Positions 27,895 to 37,393 are shown, numbered from the stretch's first letter. The stretch: 41,937 bases of DNA from Patescibacteria group bacterium UBA1400 (GCA_002305125.1 DBQG01000016.1:1-41937), one strand, 5' to 3'. Program-made: numbers and translations. Notes: generated by a model not told the origin, from the letters alone.

Positions 27895-27954
27895 AAAACC
27901 TCCTTAAACAAAAATTGACAAAAAATTTTAAAAAACCATTTAAACCAAAAAAAA

Positions 27955-28242
27955 CTACTCCAAAAAGAGTCCTGAACCTGTGGTTTCTAAAAGCTCCATT
28001 TCTGCTGATGAAGAACTGTCTTCTTCCAGCAAAGAAGATGGAGTTGCCTGAGGCAAAGAAAAGCTTTCTTCTTCCTGAAAAAGGCTTTCCTGTTCTGTCA
28101 GCTTATCACTCAATTCCTGAATCCGGCTGTTTAACTTATTAACTGTCTGTAGATGCATATTGTAACCCATCAGCCAAGCCAGACCAAAAATAATAAGGGC
28201 CAGAAAAATAATAAGCCAAGCAGTTAAACCCTGATTCTTCAT
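27955..28242 (-). CDS. Small single-TM protein with short coiled coil and acidic tail
   Basis: TM then LNSRIQELSDKL; extended -10 ends 6 nt upstream of the ATG. Confidence 0.6.
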   Translation of the reverse strand: MKNQGLTAWLIIFLALIIFGLAWLMGYNMHLQTVNKLNSRIQELSDKLTEQESLFQEEESFSLPQATPSSLLEEDSSSSAEMELLETTGSGLFLE

Positions 28243-28267
28243 ATTACAATCTTAACATTTTTTAATC

Positions 28268-29047
28268 TTAGGATGAAGCGCTGGTATATTTTTTTAAAGC
28301 AATCCTCCAGCCAAGTAAAGACAAGGCAAAAAAAACCAAGCTTACTCCCATAGTAAAAAAGACCGATTGCCATGATAGCAGGTTCATCAGGGCTTTGGCC
28401 GGATAAGTAAACACCAAAGCTACCGGAATAACAAAAGTTAAAAAAGCCCTTATGCTATCAAGATAAATATCAACCGGAACTCTGGCCATGTGAGAAATAT
28501 CTCTATAGATCCAAATAACATGATCCACTTCAGTAGTGGCCACCCCCACGGCTGCCACCAAAATATGAACCGCAGTTACAAATAAAAAAGAAAAAACAAT
28601 AATTAATAAAAACATTAATAAGTTAATCAAAGAAATATTTAAATTTTCCCGCACAAGCAAAAAGACAACGGCAACCAGCAAAAGCAAATCCAAAAAATCG
28701 GTCCTGGAAGTAAGGATTTGAAATAAAGGATTAAAAGGCTTAACAAGATTAAAATCAAATGCTCCTGTTACAACATAATGCCTAAACCAGTAAATGCCTC
28801 TAAAAAAAAGCTGACCTAAAATGTCTAAGAGGTTAAAGACCAAAAAAAAGTTTAACAGCTGACTAAAATTAAAACCTGCCAGATTTTCTGTTTTAGATGC
28901 TACTATTTTTAAAATAAGAATAAAGACAGTAAAACGCAGCAATTTTCCAGTAAGATAAATTAAAGAAGCCTGTCTATTGATTAAAAAGCTCTGTAAAGAA
29001 AGCTGGGTTGTTTTAAGCCAGATAGTAAAATATTTTTTCAATTTCAT
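28268..29047 (-). CDS. ABC-2 family permease (DUF990 type, second subunit of pair)
   Basis: TGAFDFNLVKPFNPLFQ, ARVPVDIY, TYPAKAL, ends YTSASS. Start set at ATG 29047. Confidence 0.88.
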   Translation of the reverse strand: MKLKKYFTIWLKTTQLSLQSFLINRQASLIYLTGKLLRFTVFILILKIVASKTENLAGFNFSQLLNFFLVFNLLDILGQLFFRGIYWFRHYVVTGAFDFNLVKPFNPLFQILTSRTDFLDLLLLVAVVFLLVRENLNISLINLLMFLLIIVFSFLFVTAVHILVAAVGVATTEVDHVIWIYRDISHMARVPVDIYLDSIRAFLTFVIPVALVFTYPAKALMNLLSWQSVFFTMGVSLVFFALSLLGWRIALKKYTSASS

Positions 29048-29856
29048 ATTCCCACTCCGGTATAGTTTTTTACTCCTTTTTTCCATAATTTATTTACTAT
29101 AAAGTTTAAGCTAAAAATCCAGAAAACCATAAGCGCAAGACTTGACAGAATATTAGTAACAGAAACTCTGCCTAAATAAATCTGCAAAGGATAAAAAATA
29201 AAGTAAGTGGTAGGCAGCAGTTTAAATATTTGAAATATAAGTCCGGGCAAAATATCCAAAGGAAAAATTCCGCCGCATAAAAAATCAATTACAACGGTAA
29301 AAAGAAATCTGGCCGGCCAACCATTGTGTTCCGGATACCAAAAAGCCGTCATACTGACAAGCAGGCTTAAATAAAAATAAATAAACATGCTTAAAAAAGA
29401 GAACAGAAGAAACAAAACTACATATAAAAAATTTTCCTGTATAAGTAAAGGAGGTTTAAATAAAAAGTAAAATAAAATCAGTTCAAACAACAAGAAAAAC
29501 ACATCTGACATCTTGTCTCCCAAATCTAAGGCTCCCATCCAGCCAAAATACTTAACCGGTTTTAACAAATAGTTGTTTAAGTTCCCCTGGGCAATATCTG
29601 CTGACACCTGATTACTACGGGAAGAAAAAATCAAAGACCTCATTAAAGAGGTGCCGATAATATAAGTGAGCATTACGTCTCTGGTATAACCGGCAATTTC
29701 CTGATTAAAGTTGTAAACCGCCCACCAGAAAAAATATAAAGACAGAAGGGTGATAAAAGACCTGAGTCTCCAGGTCAATAAACTAAGCCTATACACAAAA
29801 GTGTTCTGCCAGGACATACGAAAAATCTGCAAGTACTTTTCTAGCCTATTTTCCAT
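29044..29856 (-). CDS. ABC-2 family permease (DUF990 type, first subunit of pair)
   Basis: DIAQGNLNNYLLKPV, GGIFPLDILP, FYPLQIYLG, ends YTGVGI. Confidence 0.88.
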   Translation of the reverse strand: MENRLEKYLQIFRMSWQNTFVYRLSLLTWRLRSFITLLSLYFFWWAVYNFNQEIAGYTRDVMLTYIIGTSLMRSLIFSSRSNQVSADIAQGNLNNYLLKPVKYFGWMGALDLGDKMSDVFFLLFELILFYFLFKPPLLIQENFLYVVLFLLFSFLSMFIYFYLSLLVSMTAFWYPEHNGWPARFLFTVVIDFLCGGIFPLDILPGLIFQIFKLLPTTYFIFYPLQIYLGRVSVTNILSSLALMVFWIFSLNFIVNKLWKKGVKNYTGVGI

Positions 29857-30107
29857 GGAATTTTTACTCCTTGGCTAACTTTATTATCCAAGCCATGGTT
29901 TTTTCTTTTCCCTTTTCTTATTCCCAATCTTTTATTTATTCTTACCACGGTAGTAGTGCTGATACCTAAAACTACAGCAATTTCTCTGTAGCTTAAATCC
30001 TGTTTTAACAAATTAATAATTTTAAACCGGCGGCGCAAAATTATTTTTTCTTTGGTGGTTAAAAGATCAGGCAACAGTCTAGCAAACTCATTTAAGCTGG
30101 AAGTCAT
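29841..30107 (-). CDS. TrpR/YerC-YecD family HTH repressor
   Basis: DLLTTKE...RRFKIINLL...SYREIA...GISTTTVVRI. Confidence 0.82.
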   Translation of the reverse strand: MTSSLNEFARLLPDLLTTKEKIILRRRFKIINLLKQDLSYREIAVVLGISTTTVVRINKRLGIRKGKRKNHGLDNKVSQGVKIPWKIG

Positions 30108-30126
30108 GTATTAACATACTAATACA
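30107..30126. promoter_or_regulatory. Trp-box-like operator overlapping the repressor start codon
   Basis: TGTATTA-ACATAC-TAATACA inverted repeat; the inner 18 bp have the same geometry as the TrpR operator consensus GTACTAGTTAACTAGTAC. Confidence 0.65.
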
Positions 30127-30136
30127 AAGTTTATTT

Positions 30137-31120
30137 TTAGGCAAGGTCTTTACCAGTAAAAACTTCTCTTATAATATCTTCTATCTGGGGTTCTTCAATA
30201 TTTAAATCAGCTACCGGAAAGCTTTTAAGCAGTTGGGCTGCAGCTGCGTTTGAAGCTCCTCTTTTAACCCTTAAAACAGCCGATGGATAAGCATACTCTT
30301 TGACCTCAGCCACGGCAGCCAGCTTAACCTCATCAATGTGTTTGGAGAAAATAACTTTAATCAACTTGTGGTCAGCATAACGCTGAGTTATTTCCTGTAG
30401 CTGGCCGTCAAAAATAATTCTTCCCTTGTCAATGATAATCACCCGGTCACAAAGCTCCTGGACATCACCCATATAGTGACTGGTTAAAATAATAGTAGCC
30501 TTGTACTTTTGATTATAAACTCTGATAAACTCCCTCATCTTTTTTTGCATCACCACATCAAGGCCAATAGTAGGTTCATCCAAAAATAAAACCTCAGGCG
30601 AATGAAGTAGGGCGGCAATAAGTTCACACTTCATTCTCTGACCCAGGGAAAGTTTGCGAACCTGAACATTTAAAATGGCTGAAACATCCAAAAGCTCAAC
30701 CAAGTCATCCAGTACCTGCTGCCATCTGTCTTTTGGTATTTCATAAATCTCCCGATTCAAAATAAAGGTTTCCAAAGGAGGCAGGTCCCACCAAAGTTGG
30801 TTTTTCTGACCCATAACCAAGGAAATTTTTTTTAAATACTCGTGCTTACGGTCCCAGGGGTTAAAACCCAAAACTTCAATCTTACCGTCATCAGGGTAAA
30901 GCAAGCCTGACAAGCATTTTAAAGTAGTGGTCTTGCCAGCGCCATTGGGTCCAATAAAACCAACCAGTTCTCCCTTAGAAATGGAAAAAGAAATTTTATC
31001 AACTGCCTTAACGTTTTCATACTTTCTTTTAAACAAAGATTTCAAAGATCCGGCAAGCCCAGGTTCTTTTTTATGAACCTGATAAAACTTTTGCAGATTT
31101 TTAACTTCTATAACACTCAT
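30137..31120 (-). CDS. ABC-2 type ATP-binding protein (cognate of DUF990 permeases)
   Basis: GPNGAGKTT, MGQKNQLWWDLP, LSLGQRMKCEL, FLDEPTIGLD, LTSHYM. Confidence 0.95.
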   Translation of the reverse strand: MSVIEVKNLQKFYQVHKKEPGLAGSLKSLFKRKYENVKAVDKISFSISKGELVGFIGPNGAGKTTTLKCLSGLLYPDDGKIEVLGFNPWDRKHEYLKKISLVMGQKNQLWWDLPPLETFILNREIYEIPKDRWQQVLDDLVELLDVSAILNVQVRKLSLGQRMKCELIAALLHSPEVLFLDEPTIGLDVVMQKKMREFIRVYNQKYKATIILTSHYMGDVQELCDRVIIIDKGRIIFDGQLQEITQRYADHKLIKVIFSKHIDEVKLAAVAEVKEYAYPSAVLRVKRGASNAAAAQLLKSFPVADLNIEEPQIEDIIREVFTGKDLA

Positions 31121-31145
31121 TTTTTAATTGTAGCACAAAATTAAT

Positions 31146-31538
31146 TTAAAAATTATTTGCCTCTAAAACTTTTTTAAGCTTTTGCAGCTCTGTTTTGTCA
31201 AAAGGCTCTTCCAGCTCTCCACTGTCCATCCATTCAAAATAAGTAAGTTCACAAAGATCTTTTCCTAAACTTTTAAAGGTATATAAAACATGATAAGAAG
31301 TCTTAAGAGAAGAAAAAGTAAACTCTTTATCTTTCTCAAAAGAAGTAATTTTATATCTGACCCAATTAGAACCTGCTCCCCTGTTTTCAAAAATAGTACC
31401 TAACTTGACCGGAAGCTTATCCACTCTTTCTTCCTTAATAGAATCCACCCACAAAGGCGTATTTTCAGGATTAAGAAGAAAGGCAAAAACTTCACTTGCT
31501 CTCTTTTTAATTCTGATGATCAGTTTATTTTCCTTCAT
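31146..31538 (-). CDS. SRPBCC (START-like) family protein
   Basis: SEVFAFLLNPENTPLW, C-terminal helix LQKLKKVLE. Confidence 0.75.
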   Translation of the reverse strand: MKENKLIIRIKKRASEVFAFLLNPENTPLWVDSIKEERVDKLPVKLGTIFENRGAGSNWVRYKITSFEKDKEFTFSSLKTSYHVLYTFKSLGKDLCELTYFEWMDSGELEEPFDKTELQKLKKVLEANNF

Positions 31539-31540
31539 AA

Positions 31541-32005
31541 TTAAGCTAATTTTTTTCTATAAGCGTTCTCAAAATAAGTAAACCCGTGTTTTTTATAAAA
31601 CTTATTGGCTTTTAATCTAGTACCAGTAGTTACTTTTATAACTTTAATTTTTCTTTTCACCGCTTCCTGTTCGGACTTTTTTAAAAGCAAACCACCAACA
31701 CCCTGACTTCTAAAATCTTTAGCCACCACCATCTCCTCAATCAACATTCTTAACCCACCGTCAAGTATTTTGGGAATAAAATAAGCAACTAAAACTCCCC
31801 TCACTTTACCGCATACTTCTGCCACCAAAACTAAAGAAGCTTCTTTTTCCGAAAGAGCTTTTCGATAAACAGATTCCGCCTGTTTACTAGCCTCAACCTT
31901 AACGTCCAACCCCATTTCCTGATAAGCAGAGATTTTAAGTTCTTTTAAAAGATTTAAAACTTCACCCATATCTTTAATTGTTGCTGTTCTGATTTTCACT
32001 CTCAT
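31541..32005 (-). CDS. GNAT family N-acetyltransferase
   Basis: IRTATIKD, VAKDFRSQGVGGLLL, ANKFYKKHGF. Confidence 0.9.
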   Translation of the reverse strand: MRVKIRTATIKDMGEVLNLLKELKISAYQEMGLDVKVEASKQAESVYRKALSEKEASLVLVAEVCGKVRGVLVAYFIPKILDGGLRMLIEEMVVAKDFRSQGVGGLLLKKSEQEAVKRKIKVIKVTTGTRLKANKFYKKHGFTYFENAYRKKLA

Positions 32006-32075
32006 TTGATTTAATTTTATCCTAAAAAATTTTTATAAGACAATTATTTTAAAACTTTAATTATTTAAACTGCGC

Positions 32076-32885
32076 TTAAGAACTGGCACTAGTGTAATGC
32101 TTTAAACCCAAACGCCAGAATTTATGAGAAAAAAATATAAAAATTCCCGCCAATAAACTAGCCCAAAGAGCATAAATTGAATTTAACTGCCCCAGTAAAA
32201 CCCGAGCCGGAATACTTGTTACAAAAGCCAGAGGAATAAACCAGGTTAATATAAACCTGGTCCTGGTTTTAAAAATATCAATCGGGTAGTTGGTAACATA
32301 ATCGATTAAGGCCTGAGGCAAATAAGGCAGATTGTCCACCTTGTCAAGAAAAAAAGTAACACAAACCGCCATAAACCAGATAGCATAAACAATTAACAAA
32401 CCTGCCAGGGTTGTCACTAAAAAAGCCAGGATTTGACTTAAGTTAAAACTCCTTTCTGTTATTCCCATTCCCTGAAAGATAAAAATAACAGCAGGGATCA
32501 AGTTTAAAAAAATAGGAAACCAGATCTCTTTACAGGAAACCAAAAACTGGCTGTTTAATGGTTTTAACAGATAAAAATCAAGCTCGCCGTTCCAAATCCT
32601 TAAAGGCAGTCTTCTTAAATTATGAATCACCACCACGCCGTAAATCAAACTCTGATAAATCCAGTAAACTCCCAGCAGTACCAAAATCTCACCATAATCC
32701 CAACCGGCAATTTCAGAAACATTAAGGTAAAAAACCTTAAAAAAAGCCAGGGTAAACAAAAGCCAGCCAATATCAATCAGATAGCCAAATAGAAAGTTAA
32801 ACCTAAAGGCCATCTTGGTCATAAAAGAAATTTCCAGCAGTTTCCAAAAAACTTTAAGATGATGTTTAATTTCCCCAGGCTGCAT
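32076..32885 (-). CDS. ABC-2 family permease (DUF990 type, second subunit)
   Basis: NGELDFYLLKPLNSQF, YPIDIF, SIPARVLLG, ends YTSASS. Start set at ATG 32885. Confidence 0.88.
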   Translation of the reverse strand: MQPGEIKHHLKVFWKLLEISFMTKMAFRFNFLFGYLIDIGWLLFTLAFFKVFYLNVSEIAGWDYGEILVLLGVYWIYQSLIYGVVVIHNLRRLPLRIWNGELDFYLLKPLNSQFLVSCKEIWFPIFLNLIPAVIFIFQGMGITERSFNLSQILAFLVTTLAGLLIVYAIWFMAVCVTFFLDKVDNLPYLPQALIDYVTNYPIDIFKTRTRFILTWFIPLAFVTSIPARVLLGQLNSIYALWASLLAGIFIFFSHKFWRLGLKHYTSASS

Positions 32886-33696
32886 AAGAAAAAAGTCCTT
32901 TCTTCCATAAGAGTTTATAAAGAAAAAATAAAATAAAAGCCCAACCACCCTGAATTAAGACTCTTATCCCTAAATCAAAGAAAGTGACCTCCTGGGTCAA
33001 AACCTGCAGAGGAAAAGCAAACACATAATAAAAGGGCAGTCCCAAATTAATCTTTTGCAACCACAAGGGTAGGAGTGAAGGTGGAAAAGCCAGCCCTCCC
33101 AAAAGCCAATAAAATATATCCCTTAAATGAAAAAGGGTTGTTGTCTGCACCAGCCAAAAAGCAGCCACCCCGCAAAGATAATCTAAAAAAGCAGAAATTA
33201 AAAAAGAGAAAGTAAAAATAAGCATTAAGGCAATTAATTTAAAAAAGGACAAGTTTAAACTCAAACTCTGATTAAAAATTTTTAAAAAGAGAAAAAACAG
33301 GGGTAAAAAAAGCAGCGTCTGCAAACTCCTCCAGCTTACCTCTTCAGTAAAAATCCTTTTTAAATAAGAAAAAGGTTTTAAAAGATGAAAAGAAAGCTGT
33401 CCGGTATAAATTTCCTGAGTAATAACATTTTTACCTGAACCTGTAGTTAAAAACTGTCTTACCAAACTTAATAAAACATACCAGGAAAACATCTGCTCAA
33501 AACTTAAACCTGCCACTTTATCCTGATTTTGAAAAACGGCCTGCCAGACAATAATTAAAACCACTAAAGGAGCCATATCAATAACTGACCATAAAAATAC
33601 TTGGGGCCGGTAGTAAAAAAATGTCTGCAGATAGTTTTCCAGATAAGCCCTAATCTTTTTAAAATCTCCGGAAACCTGCTTGTTTTTATAAAACAT
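32866..33696 (-). CDS. ABC-2 family permease (DUF990 type, first subunit)
   Basis: EIYTGQLSFHLLKPF, GGLAFPPSLLP, ends YAAWGN. Confidence 0.88.
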   Translation of the reverse strand: MFYKNKQVSGDFKKIRAYLENYLQTFFYYRPQVFLWSVIDMAPLVVLIIVWQAVFQNQDKVAGLSFEQMFSWYVLLSLVRQFLTTGSGKNVITQEIYTGQLSFHLLKPFSYLKRIFTEEVSWRSLQTLLFLPLFFLFLKIFNQSLSLNLSFFKLIALMLIFTFSFLISAFLDYLCGVAAFWLVQTTTLFHLRDIFYWLLGGLAFPPSLLPLWLQKINLGLPFYYVFAFPLQVLTQEVTFFDLGIRVLIQGGWAFILFFLYKLLWKKGLFSYAAWGN

Positions 33697-33727
33697 AGTT
33701 AAACAACATAAATAATAAAGTTAAATT

Positions 33728-34513
33728 TTAACCAACACTCTGGTAATATTTTAAAGCAAAAGCAAGAAGTTTGCTTGACAAAAATAAAAGCAGCAGGCTG
33801 ATAAAAACTCCGTAAAGCAAATAAGGAAAAGAAATAAGACCAAGCAGGGCTTTGGCAGGAATAGTAGTGATAAAGGTTAAGGGCAAAAGATAAAAAAAGA
33901 TGTTTGCCAGCAAACCGGGCAAGATATCAAAAGGCAGGGCAGTAACTCTTAAAATAGGATGAAAAAGTTCATAAATATTTTCAATATTCCCAAACCAAAA
34001 ACTAAGCAGGCAGGACATAAACCACAGGCTATAAACAATCAGACATGAAGTTAAAAGGAAAAACAGATACAAAACAACCGAAGCCAGACTAACAGTAATG
34101 TTGTTTTGTACTAAAACATAACCTAGGATAAACCATCCTAAAATAAATCTTATAAAAGGGCGCAGATAAAATTGACGCAAAGACAAATAAAATTGGGGTG
34201 AGACAGGCTTAAGCAAAACCGAGTCCAGCTCTCCTAAGTAAACAAACCTAGCAATTTTTTTAAGATTCTGCCTAAACAAGGACTTAACCAGTGAGTGAAC
34301 CAGCAAAAAAGTGGCTGCCAGCACCAAAGATCTTTCATAAGTCCAGTCTCCAACCTGATCTATATGTTGAAAAATGAAAACATATAAAAAAACATAAACC
34401 AGACCCCAGCCAAAGTTAATCAGGGTAAGCAAAAAAAAGTTTTCCCGGTACTGCAGTTCGGTAACTAAAGATGTTTTAACAAAACTAAGATAAAGCCTAA
34501 GATGCCTTTTCAT
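33728..34513 (-). CDS. ABC-2 family permease (DUF990 type, second subunit)
   Basis: LGELDSVLLKPVSPQF, TIPAKALLG, ends YQSVG; TAATG overlap with the upstream gene. Confidence 0.88.
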   Translation of the reverse strand: MKRHLRLYLSFVKTSLVTELQYRENFFLLTLINFGWGLVYVFLYVFIFQHIDQVGDWTYERSLVLAATFLLVHSLVKSLFRQNLKKIARFVYLGELDSVLLKPVSPQFYLSLRQFYLRPFIRFILGWFILGYVLVQNNITVSLASVVLYLFFLLTSCLIVYSLWFMSCLLSFWFGNIENIYELFHPILRVTALPFDILPGLLANIFFYLLPLTFITTIPAKALLGLISFPYLLYGVFISLLLLFLSSKLLAFALKYYQSVG

Positions 34514-35316
34514 TAGCCTCCAAAAGCAGAATTAACTTTCAGCCCTTTTTTAAAAATCAAGTTTAAAAGCAGAATAAAAATCAATAACCAGACAAGCTGA
34601 ATAAACAAATTAACAACAATCTCCTCTGATTGCATTTTTCCCAAAAGAATCTGAGCCGGCAGGTAAAAGACATATTGAAAAGGCAAAAAGGAGGCCAGTT
34701 TTTGCATAAAAACAGGCAAAAGCTCCAAGGGAAGCAACAGGCCGCCGAAAAACCAAAAGACAAGCTCTTCCAAAGAAGTAAGCCATTCGGTTTGGGTAAA
34801 CCAAAAAGAAGTAAAGCCAATAGCCATTTTAAGAGTAAAATACATAAAAAAGCCAATAAAACTGCTTAAAAAGAAATAGCTTAGATTAACAGTAGTTATA
34901 AACTCCAAACTGGTTTGTTTTAAAAAGAAAATATAAAGCAGGATGAGCAAGGGAATAAGATATAAAAGTTTTAAGAACTTATAAGCTAGCTCATAACAAA
35001 GCTTCATTAAAATTAAATTAATTGGCCTGGGAAGATAAACATTAATTTGGCCGCTATAAATTTCTGCCTGTAGGGTTTCTTCAGGATGAGTTAAAACCAG
35101 ATTACGGGCAAAAATAACTACTAGATAGTATAAAGCCAGTGAAGAATAATCAAACCCTGCCACCTGATGCCGGGTCTTAAAAACGGCAGTCCAAAATAAA
35201 AGCATCATTAAGGCAGGGCCTATATCCCAAAAAAACCATACTAAAAGCCTAAATCTATAGGCAAAAGATTTTTTTACTGAAATTATAAATGAAGCTGTAT
35301 ATTTATCTAGCTCCAT
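34513..35316 (-). CDS. ABC-2 family permease (DUF990 type, first subunit)
   Basis: EIYSGQINVYLPRPI, GGLLLPLELLP, LPFQYVFYLPAQ, ends SAFGG. Confidence 0.88.
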   Translation of the reverse strand: MELDKYTASFIISVKKSFAYRFRLLVWFFWDIGPALMMLLFWTAVFKTRHQVAGFDYSSLALYYLVVIFARNLVLTHPEETLQAEIYSGQINVYLPRPINLILMKLCYELAYKFLKLLYLIPLLILLYIFFLKQTSLEFITTVNLSYFFLSSFIGFFMYFTLKMAIGFTSFWFTQTEWLTSLEELVFWFFGGLLLPLELLPVFMQKLASFLPFQYVFYLPAQILLGKMQSEEIVVNLFIQLVWLLIFILLLNLIFKKGLKVNSAFGG

Positions 35317-35321
35317 ACTTA

Positions 35322-35365
35322 AAAGCCTTATTTAACAAAAATCTATGTAACAAAGCCTTATTTAA
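35322..35365. repeat. 14-bp direct repeat upstream of the permease array
   Basis: AAAGCCTTATTTAA at 35322-35335 and 35352-35365. Confidence 0.7.
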
Positions 35366-35399
35366 ACACTTATAATAAGCCATCTATATATGATAAACA

Positions 35400-35675
35400 T
35401 TATTTAACAGCTTTTTTAAGTTGTTTTGCCACAGTAAATCTAATGACTCTGTGAGCTTTATGAACTACGGGAGTAGGATCAGTAGGACTCCGACGGCCTT
35501 TCTTGTCTTTGACTTTAGTAACACTAAAAGTGCCAAAGCTTGAAATAGTAACCTTCTCCCCCTTTTTCAAAACTCTGCTAATTTCAGAAAAAATTACTTC
35601 AATTGCTTCTTTAGCAGCTTTTTTGGTTAAATGAGCTTTTTTAGCTACGATATTCACGAGTTCTGATTTTTTCAT
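35400..35675 (-). CDS. hup: HU family DNA-binding protein
   Basis: MKKSELV..., GEKVTISSFGTF, RFTVAKQLKKAVK; SD GGAGGTGA. Confidence 0.92.
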   Translation of the reverse strand: MKKSELVNIVAKKAHLTKKAAKEAIEVIFSEISRVLKKGEKVTISSFGTFSVTKVKDKKGRRSPTDPTPVVHKAHRVIRFTVAKQLKKAVK

Positions 35676-35714
35676 TTACTTTCACCTCCTTTGCAGTTTA
35701 AATTTTCTTGTCCT

Positions 35715-37229
35715 TTATTTGGCCACTTCACTAGCTCTTACTTCTCTTATCACATTTACCTTTACCTGCCCCGGATAAGTCAGCTCTTTTTGAATCCTAT
35801 CACTTAAGTCCTTGGCCATGGTAACACAGGCAGCATCGGAAATCTGGCCGGGATTAACAATAACCCTCACTTCTCTACCGGCCTGAATGGCATAAGCTTC
35901 ATCAACTCCTTCAAATGATTTTGCCAGTTCTTCCAATTTTTCCAATCTAGTTACATACTCTTCATAATCTTCGTACCTGGCTCCGGGTCTGGATCCGGAA
36001 ATAGCATCAGAAATATAAACCAGAATTGCCTCTAAAGACGTAAAGGGTTCATCCTCATGATGCTGGGCCACACAATCAATTACCTGGCTGGGCATGCTGT
36101 ATTTTTTCAAAAAGTTTACTCCTACTTCCACATGAGAACCTTCCTCTTCGGTAATAACCTTACCGATATCATGAAGCAAACAACCAAGTCTGACGATATT
36201 AACATTAGCTCCAATCTCATGAGCCAAATGAAGCCCAATTTTGGTTTCTTCCAAAGTATGGGCAATCATATTCTGACCATAAGAAAAACGGTACTTAAAT
36301 CTTCCCAAGACTTTAATTATATCTGAGGGAAGATTATAAACCTTAACTTTATGAGCCAGTTCTTCTCCGGCTTTAAAAATAATCCTCTCAATATCTTTTT
36401 GGGTTTGCTCAACTACTTCCTCAATCCTGGTTGGCTGAATCCTACCGTCAGAAATCAGTTTTTCCAAAGAAACTCTGGCAATCTCTCTTCTAATTGAGTC
36501 GAAACTGGAAAGCCTGATCACTCCCTCTTCATCCAGGTCCACATCAACACCAGTAGCTTTCTCAAAAGCCCTGATGTTCCTACCTTCCCTGCCGATAATT
36601 CTTCCCTTCATATCCTCATCAGGAGCTTTAACAGCGGAAACCGTAAACTCCGGCACATAATCTGTCGCTCCCCGATACATTGAGTCAACCAGGATTTCCC
36701 TAGCTCTTTCATCAGCCTGCTGTTTGGCTTTTTCTTCAGCTTCTTTTATCTGACGAGCTACATCTTCAGTTAATTTTTTTTCTGTTGCCTGTAAAAGCAG
36801 TTCTTTAGCTTCTTTGGCAGTCAAGGAGGCCGCCCTTTCAAGCTTTTCAAGCTGTTTTTGCTTAATATCTTCTACTTCGTCAAATTTTTGCTCAAGCTTT
36901 GAACTTCTATCCTGCAAGGTCTTTTGCTGCTCTTCTAAAGCTCCCTGCCTGCGGCTAAGATCAGCCTGCTGCTGTCTTGCCAATCTATCAGCCTCTTCTT
37001 TAATCTTTAAAGCTTCGTCTTTAGCCTCCAGAACTATTTCCCTGGCTTGGTTTTTAGCTTCCTGAATAGCTCTCTGAGCCTGTTTTAAAGCTTGTTTGGA
37101 AGGTTTAACCTTTACCTGCTGTTGGGGTTGGGGCTGCTGAGGCTGCACTTTTTTTTCAAGTTTGACCTGCTTTGCCTTAAACTGGGGCTGTTTTTGAAAA
37201 ATACCCCCTAATTTTCCTAAAAATGACAT
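35715..37229 (-). CDS. rny: Ribonuclease Y
   Basis: Coiled coil, KH (MKGRIIGREGRNIRAFE), HD (LLHDIGK), SGSRPGAR, YAIQAGREVRV. Confidence 0.96.
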   Translation of the reverse strand: MSFLGKLGGIFQKQPQFKAKQVKLEKKVQPQQPQPQQQVKVKPSKQALKQAQRAIQEAKNQAREIVLEAKDEALKIKEEADRLARQQQADLSRRQGALEEQQKTLQDRSSKLEQKFDEVEDIKQKQLEKLERAASLTAKEAKELLLQATEKKLTEDVARQIKEAEEKAKQQADERAREILVDSMYRGATDYVPEFTVSAVKAPDEDMKGRIIGREGRNIRAFEKATGVDVDLDEEGVIRLSSFDSIRREIARVSLEKLISDGRIQPTRIEEVVEQTQKDIERIIFKAGEELAHKVKVYNLPSDIIKVLGRFKYRFSYGQNMIAHTLEETKIGLHLAHEIGANVNIVRLGCLLHDIGKVITEEEGSHVEVGVNFLKKYSMPSQVIDCVAQHHEDEPFTSLEAILVYISDAISGSRPGARYEDYEEYVTRLEKLEELAKSFEGVDEAYAIQAGREVRVIVNPGQISDAACVTMAKDLSDRIQKELTYPGQVKVNVIREVRASEVAK

Positions 37230-37291
37230 AATCTTTTCACTTGATGATATTTACGAATATCAAACAAGAGCCTCTTTTAAATTTACACACG

Positions 37292-37387
37292 AAGTGATAA
37301 ACGGCTATTAGTCGTCCTGGGAAGATATTGATGCTGGTTTTAATGCTTTTATATACTTCATAGAAACTTTTTTGTCGATTATCACTT
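37292..37387 (-). ncRNA. Candidate structured RNA / 5' leader upstream of rny
   Basis: 96-nt irregular rod closed by AAGTGATAA/TTATCACTT, starting at the TSS predicted from the adjacent promoter. Confidence 0.45.
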
Positions 37388-37393
37388 ACTCCT

